A stretch of DNA of 64,000 nt, taken from the NCBI GenBank assembly GCA_030264375.1, contig JASCQW010000156.1, positions 26,816,761 to 26,880,760 on the forward strand. The letters are read 5' to 3'. This document shows positions 38,340-50,124 of the stretch, in pieces. Under the pieces are notes generated by a model. The model made no database searches. It saw nothing but the letters and a program-made list of their open reading frames with translations, and was not told where the DNA came from. The translations under genes were made by a program, and so were the position numbers. This stretch comes from Carcharhinus longimanus. Lineage: Eukaryota. The number at the start of each line of letters is the position of its first letter. Positions within the stretch are counted from its first letter, which is position 1.

Positions 38340-40045
38340 GCTTTAATCAGGTAAGGAGTTCCTCTCTTTTCCCTCTCCTTATTTGACCGCACAAGATTTT
38401 TTCCATTTTGCAAAGGATATTCCTATCAATTTAACAAATACTTAACTATTTACATGCTGTGATCATAAAAGAACCAATCAACCAGGTTTTCTTGAGATTA
38501 ACAAAGGGGTTAGCTTGATTATACTTAAACCGACCTAAGTAAACTACTAAAAAATTCTCCAACTTTCTCTCACACACACTGATAGATTATAGAATGGGGA
38601 AGGATAGGTTGGCCAAAATCGAGTTCTTAAGATATCAAATGGGATATAGTCTGCAGTTTAGTAACTCAGCTGGCTTCCATTGGATGAAGCTTCAGAACTA
38701 AAGCTATAGCTGCTGATTTGGTTGTTCTTCGGAGGCGGTAGTGTTGGGCTGAATTTCTATTAAGAAGTTTGTTTCCAGAATGAAGATCCTTGGTTGGGTT
38801 CAGTCAGTAAACAGGGCTCAAAGCTTGCCAATTGAGTGGACAGAGAGGGGGGCAGGAGGGACACCACTTGAGAATTCACTCTTAGCTCCTCAACTGCTTG
38901 TCCTCAGTTCTGCTGAGAGAACACGTACTTAAAACATACAAAGGGTTGGCTTGTCATGTGACCTTCCTTCTTCTTCTTCTTCTGTCAGGAGTTCCAAATA
39001 AGATTATTGTCTGTCATCATCCATGGGTGATTTGATGGGTGAATATATTAGCCACACCCCCATTGTCTAAGTGATTAATGATCTGCCTCTAACAGTTGAA
39101 TACCTCAAGTGATTTCCTTATAATGCCTTGCTAATCAAACAGGTCACGTGGGTCTTTCACATTCCTCAGGAGATCATCATCTTTGGTGTCTCCATTCAGT
39201 AGGTTTGCTTCTTTGATGTTTCGTCTGTTAATGTAGTTATTATTTTTATTCCCTTGAAGTAGCCAGGCAGAGTGGTTCAAAATGGTTTAATTAATCTATA
39301 GCTATATGACTCTGAATCAGGTTAGTAAGGCCGGTCAGAGAACAGAATTCAAAAATACACAAGCAGTTATAGTTTCTAATTTGATTAAAATAATTAACAC
39401 ATACCAATCAAGGTATCAAGGGGTTATTTCTATTCATTCACAGTTATTGATTAAGATTACATCATACACAAGGTACAGATATTAAAACCAATTACAATCA
39501 CCTCATGCTTGCTTAATTATTATATCTAATCAACGTGAGGTTTAATTACATCAAGGTTATTGTTCAAACTACCTTTTGACACCCCAGCTGTGTCTGAATT
39601 TTAGTTCACAAATCAATCCTCTCATGTCCTAATATGTGGTTTAATGGCCTCTCACAGCCTGAGACACAAACAATCTCATACCATAGTATCCTACTGCCTA
39701 CATTATCAGAAGGTTAGATCTGTCACTTGGACAGTCTTTCCTTTTCTGGAACTATCATCCTTCTATCCTGGTATGCATGTCTCTGCAGTTAAACTATGTT
39801 TAGGCTTTTTTGACTATTTGGTTTGCCTCTTTTAACCCTTTCACTGGATGCAGTTATTAATATGGCTACTATTCTCCTCCATATTTGTACGGATATTCCC
39901 CTCAGTTTGGAGTGTGGAATGTATAGTAATGTAAATAGAGATAACCATTTTGGATTCTGATCTCAAATCGCCGTTAGTCTTTGTTTCAAAAGGTCTGTTT
40001 TTAAAAGTTCAACTCAGGTTTCCACTGGTAGACTTCTTCTTGACA
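38340..40045. repeat. Long solo-LTR-like element
   Basis: Both ends resemble the split element at 5293-5500 and 8400-8550. Ends in TGACA and has no coding capacity. Confidence 0.4.
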
Positions 40046-41079
40046 TAAAGCACATTTTCATGAGTTTGAATATCGAACAAGAATAGAACTGGGTTAATAC
40101 AAAGTTCAGTATCATGCCATGACTCACTACAGCCTCACAGGTGAAGAATGGCCATCTGGGCACGATTTCGGATTGCTGCCAGGAAGCGAGAAACTTGATT
40201 TAAAAGAGAAATTGAGAAAAATGGAAGTAAAGCTGTGGCTGCATTATGCACAGTTTCAGTGAGAGCAATAAGTTGAAAGAGTTTCACCAAGATTGCTTTT
40301 ACTATTTGCATTGAAGCTCTAGCTTTTGCACAGTATGATATAAGCAGTTCTTTTTAATGGCATCAGTAGGGCTTCTCTTTGCACACGAGGCAACATTTGA
40401 AGCCAGATATTTTGAATGTAGTCAATGCAATGTAGACAGTCCTCTGGCTTTTCTCCATGGCGTTAGTATTTGGCTCACAGCAAGACAAGAAAACATTGAG
40501 CCTTCAACTACTCACATGAAAGCTTGAGATCAGAAGTAAGCATCAACAGAGCTGACAGGAGAGGGAAACAATACAACTGAAGGGACAAATATAAGACTTG
40601 GAAACTTGCAGAAAGGAAATGGATGAAGAAAGAGACAGATTACTGTAAGACTAAAGTGTGAAAGCAAATGTGTGAGAGGTAAAGGAAAGTCAAGAGAACT
40701 GAGAAAAGATAAAACGGGTAATAGATAAAAACATTTAAAAACTTAGAAGATAAAAAAAAGGCAAAATATATAAGAATTACAAAAGAAAGTGAAAATTTTG
40801 GGGGTAGGATTTTCTGTCTGCGCTTGCCTGGTCAGAAACCGGAAAATCCTGCCCAAGGTCAATGGATCTTTACATGGTCCGCCCCTCGGGAATCATAGTG
40901 GGCAGAATGTGAAGATTCGGCCTGGGAGTGAAATTCAACCTGTGAATAATTTTAGCAAAAAGACAAGATTAATTTGTTTCACTAGAGGTATTGTCAGGAA
41001 CATTTTCAACTCCTTTACTCTATCGGCAAACAGTTGCAGAAAAGGAATAAATGATGAAACTAGCAAACATACAATTCTG

Positions 41080-42165
41080 GTCATTGCATTAGAGTGGGTA
41101 CCAGAGGATGTTTACAAGGATATTNNNNNNNNNNNNNNNNNNNNNNNNNNNNNNNNNNNNNNNNNNNNNNNNNNNNNNNNNNNNNNNNNNNNNNNNNNNN
41201 NNNNNNNNNNNNNNNNNNNNNNNNTACAAGGATATTGTCAAGAATGAAGAATTTTAGCTATGAGGAAAGATTAGATTGTTTACTTTGGAACAGGAGAAGC
41301 TGAGAGATGATGTAATGAAGATGTATATGACTATCAGTGGCCTAGAAAAAGTGGACAGGAAGGACCTATTTCTCTTCGCAGAAAGGTCAATAACCAAAGA
41401 GCATGCAATTAAAGTAAACATAGAAAGTAGGAGTAGGCCAATTGAGCCTGTCCCATCTTTCATTATGATTTGGTTGATTACCCAACACAGTAAGCCATTC
41501 CCACTTTCCCTTCATAGCTTTTGATCCCTTTGGCCCCAAAAGCTATATCTAACTCCTTCTTGAAGACAATGTTTTGGCCTCAACTGCTTTCTGTGGTAGA
41601 GGATTCCACAGACTCACCATTCTTCGGGAGAAGAAATTTATCCTCATCTCAGTCCTAACTGGTTTACCCCATATCCTTAGGCTGAGACCGCTGGTTCTGG
41701 ACTCTCCCACCATCGGGAACATCCTTTCTGCATTTACCTTGTCTAGTCCTGTTAGAATTTTATAGGTTTCCACGAGATCCTCTCTCATTCTTCTAAACTC
41801 CAGTGAATATAATCCTAACCGACTCAATCTCTCCTCATATGTCAGTCCCATCATTCCAGGAATCAGTCTGGTAAACCTTTGCCGCACACACTCCATAGCA
41901 TGAATATCATCCCTCAGGTAAGGAAGCAAAATTAGCAGAAAGATCGGAGAAGAATGGGAGAAGAAATGATTTTCATCAGAGGATCTGCTTTCAAGGGTCG
42001 TCACATTGAAAAAATATTTGAATGTGCACTTGAGGTGCCAAAATTTACAGGATTACAAACCAAGAACAAGGAAGTGGGGTTAGGCTAGATTGCTTTTCTT
42101 TGACCAGCAAAGAAATGATGGACTGAACGACCTCTTTCTATTCCATAAGTTTTCTATGTTTCTAT
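41080..42165. mobile_element. Old + strand CR1 interrupted by a younger - strand CR1 (~41420-41915)
   Basis: RMKNFSYEERL on plus, RQRFTRLIPGMMGLTYEERLSRLGLYSLEFRRMR on minus. The plus-strand 3' tail resumes at ~42000-42165. Confidence 0.8.
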
Positions 42166-43124
42166 GGTCTGTTAGCCATTGACGTGCCACTGGCTTATAT
42201 GTCTGGGCTGGAATTCTGCCATCGNNNNNNNNNNGGGGCGGGCGGGGGGTGCGGACCATGTGAAGTTCCATTGAAGTTGATCAGGAATCTCCAGTTTTCA
42301 GGCGAGCGCTGCCAGAGAATCCCGCATTTGGTGTCTACAAAACATCATTCAACTGATGATCACCTAAATCTCAGAAGTTCCTCAGTAGCAATAATGGACA
42401 TATGCAGGATAGCAAAGATGTACCAGCCTACTGTTCCTGATCTCCAAGTCAAATATCACAAATCAAGGTTACTCATCAATAGATTCTTAAGAGAGCAGCT
42501 TTGGAAAAAAAATCTACTATAGAATGAATTGCTCTCACACTGATATTCCTTTTCCAATAAATACCCCTCATAGCTGGAAGCTGAAACTTATGAGTAGAGG
42601 GAGCACTGAAGGACATCTATCCTGCTGTGTGCCTGAGTGTTGACCATGTCTTATATGTCACCAATGTAACATTTATTAGGTTTCTGGTTATCATTGCAAA
42701 AAAAAGATAAATACCAAATGCACCACATCCCATTTAGCATGGTCCTGAAAATTCAGGCTAAAGTTGCATCCACAGTAAGTATTAATTAAAAATTGAGCCA
42801 CAAATTACTGTATTTTCAAACTAATACCTTCAAGGTGGCCTCTTAAGTTGTGCAAAGCCATAACACACTTATTGAACATCAAAAGCTATATCTTACTAGT
42901 TAGGCCATGCAGCCAGAGTTTCGTGCCTACCACAATTTGATTACAGAGAGACAAGCATTGGCTGCTGAAAATTTGACAGGTAAAATACCACTAGGGTACA
43001 TCATGTGTTCATGTTGCAGTCAGTAGGATGGTGGCATAAGAGCATAAGGAATAGGAGCAGGAGTAGGCAATTCAGTCCTTCCAGCCTGGATAATTATTTA
43101 ATAAGATACTGGCTGATCTTACAG

Positions 43125-43950
43125 AATCATGGAATCCCTACAGTGCAGGAGATCCATTCGGTCCATCAAGTCTGCACTATCAACAATCCTACCCAGGCTT
43201 TATCCCCGTAACCCCGCGTATCCCCTTGACTAAGGGGCAATTTAGCATGGCCGATCAACCTAACCAGCACATCTTTGGGCTGTGGGAGAAAACCAGAGCA
43301 CCCAGAGGAAATGAACACAGACACAGAGAGAGGGTGCACGGACAGCCAGCCGAAGTTGGAATTGAACCTGGGTCCCTGACGCTGTGAGGCAGCAATTCTA
43401 ACCATTGTGCCACCATGCTGCCTCAATTTTCTACCTCAATTTTCTACCTCAGCCATACCTTCCTTCACTGTCCCCTTATCTTTGGTTCACTTACTATCCA
43501 AGAATCTGTTGATCTCCAACTTAAGTAACATATCAACACTTTTTTGGGAGATTACTCTGTATTATCGCATAAGGATTGATGACACTTGTTTTCTAGCTAC
43601 TGAAGGCACAAATCCTGCTTAACAATTATCACAGTGGCTCAGTGGTTAGCACTGCTGCCTCACAGTACCAGGCACCCGGGTTCAATTTCAGCCAAGGGTC
43701 CCTGTCTGTGTGGAGTTTGCATGTTCTTCCTGTGTTTGCATGAGTTTCCTCCAGGTGCTCTGGTTTCCTCCCACACTCCAAAGATGTGTGGGTTATGTTG
43801 ATTGGCCATGTTAAATTCCCCCTTAATGTCAGGGGAACTACCAGGATAAATACATAAGGTTACAGGGATAGGGCCTGGGTGGGATTATTGTTGATGCAGG
43901 CTCAATGGACTGAATGGTCACCTCCTGACTGTAGGAATTCTATGATTCCA
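43125..43950. mobile_element. Two HE1/V-SINEs head-to-head (- 43125-43425; + 43630-43950)
   Basis: Both show tRNA A/B boxes and the core. The first is nested in a CR1 tail. Confidence 0.85.
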
Positions 43951-44099
43951 TATGAGAGCTGATGAATTGGATTCAAGAAAACAACATTTACTCATTGTAC
44001 AGAACAGCACAGAACTGTACATCTCATTGTTGAAGTGTTGATTTTGATCTTTAATTCCTTCTTTTGTGGTTGAGTGTCCATTTTCCTTATACCTTGCTG

Positions 44100-45290
44100 T
44101 GAAGCGAGGTTCCGAAGCAACCTAGAGAAAATGACTGCAATCAAGTGAGAACTATAATCTCAATGAATCGTCTCATTAAAGTGAGTTTTGAAAATCATAA
44201 TAGAAATAAATAAGAACATATTTGAAGTAGGAAATGGTGAAACATCTGGATTTAGAACTGAAGTAGGAACAAGAGGGAATATTAATCGAAGAACAATCTT
44301 CGGTAAGTATCTAGAAGTAAAGAAAACACATATACACACATGCTTCACAAACTATGAAAAAGCATTCAATTGTGTTTATCCCCAAAAGCTAATAGACCTG
44401 CTGCTGAAATGTGACATTGATAATAAAGATGTGAGATTTCTCCAGAGCCTATACTGGGACCAGACAGAGAGCATCAGGTTAGAAGACAGACAATCAGACA
44501 TGTTTCAAGTGAAGAGATGAGTACATCAAGACTGTGTACTGTTGACAAAATTATTCAATTCAAATTGATACAGAACAAATATTCAGAGAATTGGGGGCAA
44601 AAACATAAGAAACTTGTGGTATGCTGATGACACAGCACTACTTGCAAAATCAGAAGAAGCCCTATAAAATCTCATGGATCAGTGAAATCTAGACGTTCAA
44701 GAGTATGAACACCAAAAAGACAAAAGCAAAGGAATACATTGGAAAAAAATAGAGTGAAATTTGAAATGGATGGTGTCACACCGGAACAAGTCGATAAGTT
44801 TGTCTATTTAGGACAAACGGTAAGATGATAGATAGGTNNNNNNNNNNNNNNNNNNNNNNNNNNNNNNNNNNNNNNNNNNNNNNNNNNNNNNNNNNNNNNN
44901 NNNNNNNNNNNNNNNNNNNNNNNNNNNNNNNNNNNNNNNNNNNNNNNNNNNNNNNNNNNNNNNNNNNNNNNNNNNNNNNNNNNNNNNNNNNNNNNNNNNN
45001 NNNNNNNNNNNNNNNNNNNNNNNNNNNAATGAAGAGGTGCTTGAAATTGCAAGAAGAAAAATACTTCTAAAAAAATGACATCCAGAAAAAAAAATCAGTA
45101 TTTTGGCCACTTAATTGGAGTTGGAAAGCTATAGAAATCTTCTCTAGAGGGTACTGTGGAAAGTGGCAGAAGGAAGAGTCGACCTAGGCAGCATCGGATG
45201 ACGGGTATCAGAGCAGCTACAGGCAAATTAATGTATGTGTGAAATTGGTGCAAGACAGACGAGTGTGACATACTGGCAGGAGTAGCTACA
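44100..45290 (+). mobile_element. RTE-clade LINE RT fragment (with gap)
   Basis: SGFRTEVGTR..CFTNYEKAFNCV..LQSLYWDQ and NLWYADDTALLAKSEEAL motifs. Confidence 0.85.
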
Positions 45291-45384
45291 AAGAAAAAGA
45301 GGAGGCTGTGCCCCGAGACCATTTACATTGAAGGTGCTCCATAAATGCAGCTTATTGCTGTCAGGAGGTGCAAAAGACCCTCAA

Positions 45385-46000
45385 AGGGCGGCATAGTGGT
45401 TAGCACTGCTTCCTCACAACACCAGAAACCTGGGTTCAATTTCGGCCTTGGGTAACTTGCGTGAAGTTTGCATGTTCTCCTCGTGTTTGCATGAGTTTCC
45501 TCCAGGTGCTCCAATTTCCTCCCAGTCTAAAGGTATGTAGGTTAGGTTGATTTGACCATGCTAAATTGCCCCTTATTGTCAGGGAGATTAGCAGGGTAAA
45601 TACATGGGGATACTGGATAGGGCTTGGGGGGGATTGTTGTCAGTACAGGCTCAGTTGGCCGAATAGCCTCTTTCTGCACTGTGGAGATTCTACGAAAAGC
45701 GGGACTATCTCCTACTCTAAAGTTTGTTAGTCACAAATAAACCTGACATTAACACTGCAATTAAGTTGTTGTGAAATTCCCCTAGTCGTCACACTCTGGC
45801 ACCTGTTCAGGTCAATGCAACTAACCAGCACATCTTTCAGACTGTGGGAGGAAACGGGAGCACCCGGAGGAAACCCACACAGACACGGGCAGAACATGCA
45901 AACTCTACACAGACAGTGACCCAAGCCGGGAGTCAAACCCAGGTCTCTGGCGCTGAGAGGCAGCAGTGCTAACAACCACTGTGCCACCATGCTACCCTCA
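45385..46000. mobile_element. Two SINEs tail-to-tail (+ 45385-45695; - 45725-46000)
   Basis: tRNA-like heads at the outer ends and a shared V-domain core. Confidence 0.85.
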
Positions 46001-46329
46001 GCAGCTCAAGGTTGCAAACTCCATTTCCTCCAATCCACTGCCCACTCTGTGGTGCGCATTTAACATCCCACCACGTTTTAGTAGGAATCTAATGAAATCC
46101 TAAACAACTCTTCCCTTCCAGCTAAAACGAAGCCCTCAGCCCGAAATGAACTATGTGAAACAAAACTGGGGTTTAAAGGATCTCTCCTAGCCAGCAGATG
46201 TCAATGTCTGAGGAGCTCTCAGGGATTTCTTTTGTGAAAAGCTGGTTTTGCTTCCTGAGATGTGTGTCCATGACTGATTGTGAATAGAGAGAGCTGTCAC
46301 ATCATGTCACAGGCACAGGGCAGATTTAC

Positions 46330-47033
46330 ATTTTAACCTAACGGCGGGTGGGCTGGAATATATTAAAAAAAAGACCTACAGAAAATAACCCAACCTCCCT
46401 CCCTTCCCTCCCCCCGTAACACACATTTGCAACAACCACATCATTTCTTCCCAATTAAACGAAACCAGGTACTTAAAGTTGATCTGAGAACGGGACAAAG
46501 AGAGAGCGGGGGGAGGGAAGGAGGAAGAAAAAAAGCAACGCACTTTGCTGCATGATTTTGGAGGAGGAAGGGAAAGGCGGAAGTTTGAAGCTTCAATTAT
46601 TTAGAATATATATATAAATATATATAGATAAAAGAGGCAGATGTGAGGCGGGTCCACGTGGTTTGTTTCAGACACAGATCTATTGTTCAGATCAATAAAA
46701 AGGCAGAGTCTAGAAAGGGGGGGGGAAGAAGGGAGACAAATCTTTAAGGGTTTAAAAAAGCCCAGTGGGGGGGGGAAAAAAGAGAGATAATTTAGTGACT
46801 TTCAATCAAGTTGGTGGATATTTAATCACCTGGATTCGTGCGTGGAAAGAAGGGATTAATTTGGCTTAAAAAAGGAGCATTTTCTTACTTCCCCCCCCCC
46901 TTCCCTCCCCAAAAACCCCAAGGTTTTGTGTGTGTCTCTCCTCTTTCCCCCTCCCCACTTTCTTTACTGCCTCTTTGCTGTTTGTCGGCTTCTTTTTTTT
47001 GCACCCCCCCCTCCTCTCCTCTCCGCCCGAAAG
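46330..47033 (+). promoter_or_regulatory. Probable RCC2 promoter / 5' non-coding region
   Basis: Repeat-free. GGCGG-AAG-TTTGAA (46576-46589) resembles a CDE/CHR element and overlaps ETS GGCGGAAGT. AT-rich TATA-like run ~46607-46628, E-box CACGTG 46655-46660, candidate donor GAT|GTGAGG at 46643. Confidence 0.55.
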
Positions 47034-47038
47034 ACGAG

Positions 47039-47200
47039 ATGCCTCGCAAGAAGGTGGACAAGAAGAAAATGAAAGGTGGGAGGAAAAGGGAGAGGGACTT
47101 CAGCGACGAAGAGGAGCTGGAACTGGAGCATCCCGGCAAGAAGATGGGCAAGCCCGTCCTGCAGACCGTCAACGAGCCGGAGGAGACCAAGGAAAAGATA
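47039..47200 (+). CDS. RCC2: RCC2 (TD-60) first coding exon, MPRKKVDKKK...EPEETKEKI (54 codons, phase 0 end)
   Basis: ATG at 47039. The basic NLS-like N-terminus MPRKK..GRKRER..ELELE..EPEETKEKI parallels vertebrate RCC2 (MPRKK...EPEHTKERV). Donor ATA|GTAAGA at 47201. A polypyrimidine tract plus AG at 47032-47033 suggests the exon starts at 47034 after a non-coding exon. Confidence 0.92.
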
Positions 47201-47959
47201 GTAAGAAAGCTCGGGGCTCTTTTTTTCTTTTGGTGGTCGGTGAGAGGAGACAACTTTTCTCTCTCTCTCTTTCCGTGTCCACCCCCCCCCCCCAACTTTA
47301 TTTTGGGGGAATCTTATTATTTCTTTTTGTTTGGGGGGGAGGTCTTAATTTTGGTTAAATCCACCCCCGAACTGAGGGGGAAAAAATTCCCCTCAGAACT
47401 GAAAGAAATAATAAAACGAATTAAAACAACTTGAACCGTCTGGAGGAGAGAGGAGAGGTTTTGTTTCTTTCAAAAAAAAGTCCTTCCTTATTTTTCCCCC
47501 TCTCTTTCTTCTCTCCAGTTGGAAAAGTTTTATTTCCAAAACGCACGTTTTTAAACTTTAAAAGTCCCGACTTATCGCCGGGATTCATCCACAAAATAAT
47601 AAGAAAAACAAAAACATTGTGAGGAGGCCTGAACAAAGAGAAAGCCGGGCCCGCACATCAGAGCGACACCCTTCTCCAAATGATTTATTTCGGAAAAGCA
47701 GCCGCTTATTCGACTTACTTTTTTTCTCCCTTCTTAATTTGGGGAGGGGGAGATTTTATTTGTTTGTTTTTGGGGGTGAGAGGGAAGGGGGTTTCTGTCA
47801 CTTTATCCAACTGGCGGTTTATTTTTAAATTTTAAAACCGTCCCTTTTTATTTTAAAAAGAGGCTTCAATCAGTTTTACCTCAGCTTTTTTTTCCCTCTG
47901 TCTTGAGTGACTTTTTTCAAAAAAAAAAATCCGTGTTCATTTATTAGAGTTACTGTGTT

Positions 47960-48281
47960 GTCAGCTTCATTTCTTTAGTGTTTTTTAATATTACGTTCTG
48001 TTTTATTTGGGTGATTTGTCGGTTTTCTTGAGTTTTTTTTAAAAGGGTATTTATTTACTTGTGAATTATGGATTTATTTTGTGGGTGTTTGTAAGAGGTA
48101 TTTAAGTGGTTTTTAATTTGTCAGCTTCGTTTTAGTGATTTTAACATTACAGTTTGATTTATTTGGGTATTTTTGTCAGTTTTCTTGGGTTTTTTTTTAA
48201 GGGTGTTTATTTATTTGTAAATTATTATTAATTTATTTTGTGGGTGTTTGTGAGGGGTATTTAAGTGTTTTTTTTAATCAG
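47960..48281 (+). repeat. Tandem duplication, two ~160-bp T/G-rich units
   Basis: The unit GTCAGCTTC..TTTAGTG..TTTATTTGGGT..TTTTCTTG..ATTTATTTTGTGGGTGTTTGT..GGTATTTAAGTG..TTTAAT occurs at 47960-48119 and 48120-48281. Confidence 0.85.
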
Positions 48282-48314
48282 GGAGATGAGTTTTTGTTGT
48301 GTGTGGGGAGGGTT

Positions 48315-48965
48315 TGGGCCGCGGCCCAGGCGCCGAGCCTCGAGTCCAAGCGGCGGCCGGCGACGTTTAAATAGATAATGGGGGAGTTTAAATTTCCCAG
48401 AGCCCTCGCCATCCCTCTTGTGTGTTTTAAAGGAGGGGAGATTGTTATTGGTGAAGGTGGGGGGGGGGGGGTACCAGCGAGGCCCTCACTCTCCTCCTGC
48501 CTGCCCCCCGGGGGACTGAGGCTCCTCGGCCGGGACTCGGGCTTCCCTCCCCCGGACTAGGCCGCACGCCCAGCCCCGAAGTGGCGACACTTTTTTCCTC
48601 TTCCCCCACCACACACACACACACAAAACCGACCTCAGGAAGAGGAAAAAAAACACTTAACTCTTCTTCGGCCGCTTTTATTCACACCAGTATTTACAAT
48701 TCGGGTGTTTTTTTTCTGAAATAAACTTTAAACTTCCCGTCAGTCACTTTTTTTTTACCTCGTGTTTCCTTCAGCTTCGGGTGTCGCAAGTTTATTTGAT
48801 TAACTCTCCGACTTTTAAAGATATATATTTAAAAAAATAATTTTTTTGAATTTTCGTCCGTTTCCGCCGCTCCAATTTCCCGCCATTTCTCCGGCGGCGG
48901 AGGCAGCTCACTGCGCATGCGCCGGCCTCGCTTGTCAATCATATCTCTCCCCCCCGCCCCCTCTG
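48315..48965. promoter_or_regulatory. CpG-rich promoter-like element in the RCC2 intron (likely antisense-oriented)
   Basis: Dense CpGs. TTTGAA 48845-48850, CCAAT 48872-48876, E2F TTTCCCGC 48876-48883, YY1-like CGCCATTT 48881-48888, NRF1 TGCGCATGCGC 48912-48922. Minus-strand donor GAG|GTAAAA at 48759/48758. Confidence 0.6.
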
Positions 48966-49302
48966 AGCTCAGCACTGCTCCAAGCAGAGCTATGCAACTC
49001 CACATGCTGCAAACTGGGCATAAAGCAGGGATATTGGGACGTCTGCTAATTTTAAAATGAAATTATTGCTGCATTTTAAATAATAGTTATATACTTTTGG
49101 AATTCCCCAAAGTCCTTGGTCAAAACTTTGCTGGAGATCACCCATAGTCTTTTGGTCCATTGGCTATGGTCCTTTTGTGAGCTGTGGCTAATTACTTTAT
49201 ATAGGAGCATAGGAATTAAGAGAGTCAGCTCTGTTTCTCATTGCCACGGGGCACTCAATGCAGAGCTTTTGATTTGATTTATTGTTGTCATGTGTATTCA
49301 TA

Positions 49303-49527
49303 ATGTGGAGAATGCTGGCATTGGACTAGGGTAAACAAAGTAAAAAGTCTCACAACACCAAGTTAAAGTTCAACAGGTTTATTTGGTAGCAAACACCACT
49401 AGCTTTCGGAGCTCTGCCCCTTTGTCAGGTGAGTGGGCTCACCTGATGAAGGGGCAGAGCTCTGAAAGCTAGTGGCATTTGCTACCAAATAAACCTGTTG
49501 GACTTTAACCTGGTGTTGTGTGACTTA
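49303..49527. mobile_element. Inverted pair of Penelope pLTR fragments inserted in a - strand Rex1/Babar tail (~49268-49770)
   Basis: 49339-49433 is the reverse complement of 49438-49527. Both match the pLTR at 23890-23989. Confidence 0.9.
49438..49475 (+). ncRNA. Minimal type-I hammerhead ribozyme motif (Penelope-type)
   Basis: CUCAC-CUGAUGA(49443-49449)-A-GGGGC AGA GCUCU-GAAA(49464-49467)-GCUA|GUGG. Conserved cores, stem II, CAC/GUG stem I, and a palindromic AGCU in place of stem III. Confidence 0.7.
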
Positions 49528-50124
49528 CATGAATTCATATTCAATGGAAAGTATTTTTCTTGCCTGCAAAACAGACAAAGCATATCTTAGAGAAGGAAAG
49601 GAGTGAGTACAGACCATATAGTGTTACAGTCATAACCAGGGTATAGAGGAACATTAGCTTAATATGCGTTGGGTCCATTCAAAAGTCTGATGGCAGCAGG
49701 AAAGAAGCTGTTCTTGAGTTGGTCGGTACATGTCCTCAGACTTTTTCTTTTTCCTGCTGGAAGGAGGTGGGAGAGCACATGTCCAGGGTTTGCAAAACCT
49801 CAGGAGGGAATATTGCAACACGTGGCATTTTCCTCTGTGTGTCCTGTACTTTCTTGAACAAGCCACCTCTCTGCTGATTTGCTATGGGTTGGTGTTGGCA
49901 ACCTTCTGGTGTCTCATTATAATGGCCATGAAGGCAACCAGTGGGTGATAGTTGTCCATCGGCTGTGGTTAATTTCTGCAGATGGAAGGCATGAATGGTG
50001 CATCTAAACAGCCATTTATTGAAACCACAAGTGATTTGAGTTTGGAGATGCATGTAGTCTTTCACTTTGCAAATAACTGCATGACTGAGTAAGGATGAGT
50101 CCAGTACTAACCATCGTCAACTGA

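Noticed and set aside
46838-47434. 198-aa ORF as a single-exon gene
   Set aside because: Only 47039-47200 is RCC2-like. The rest is read-through into pyrimidine tract and intron past the GTAAGA donor.
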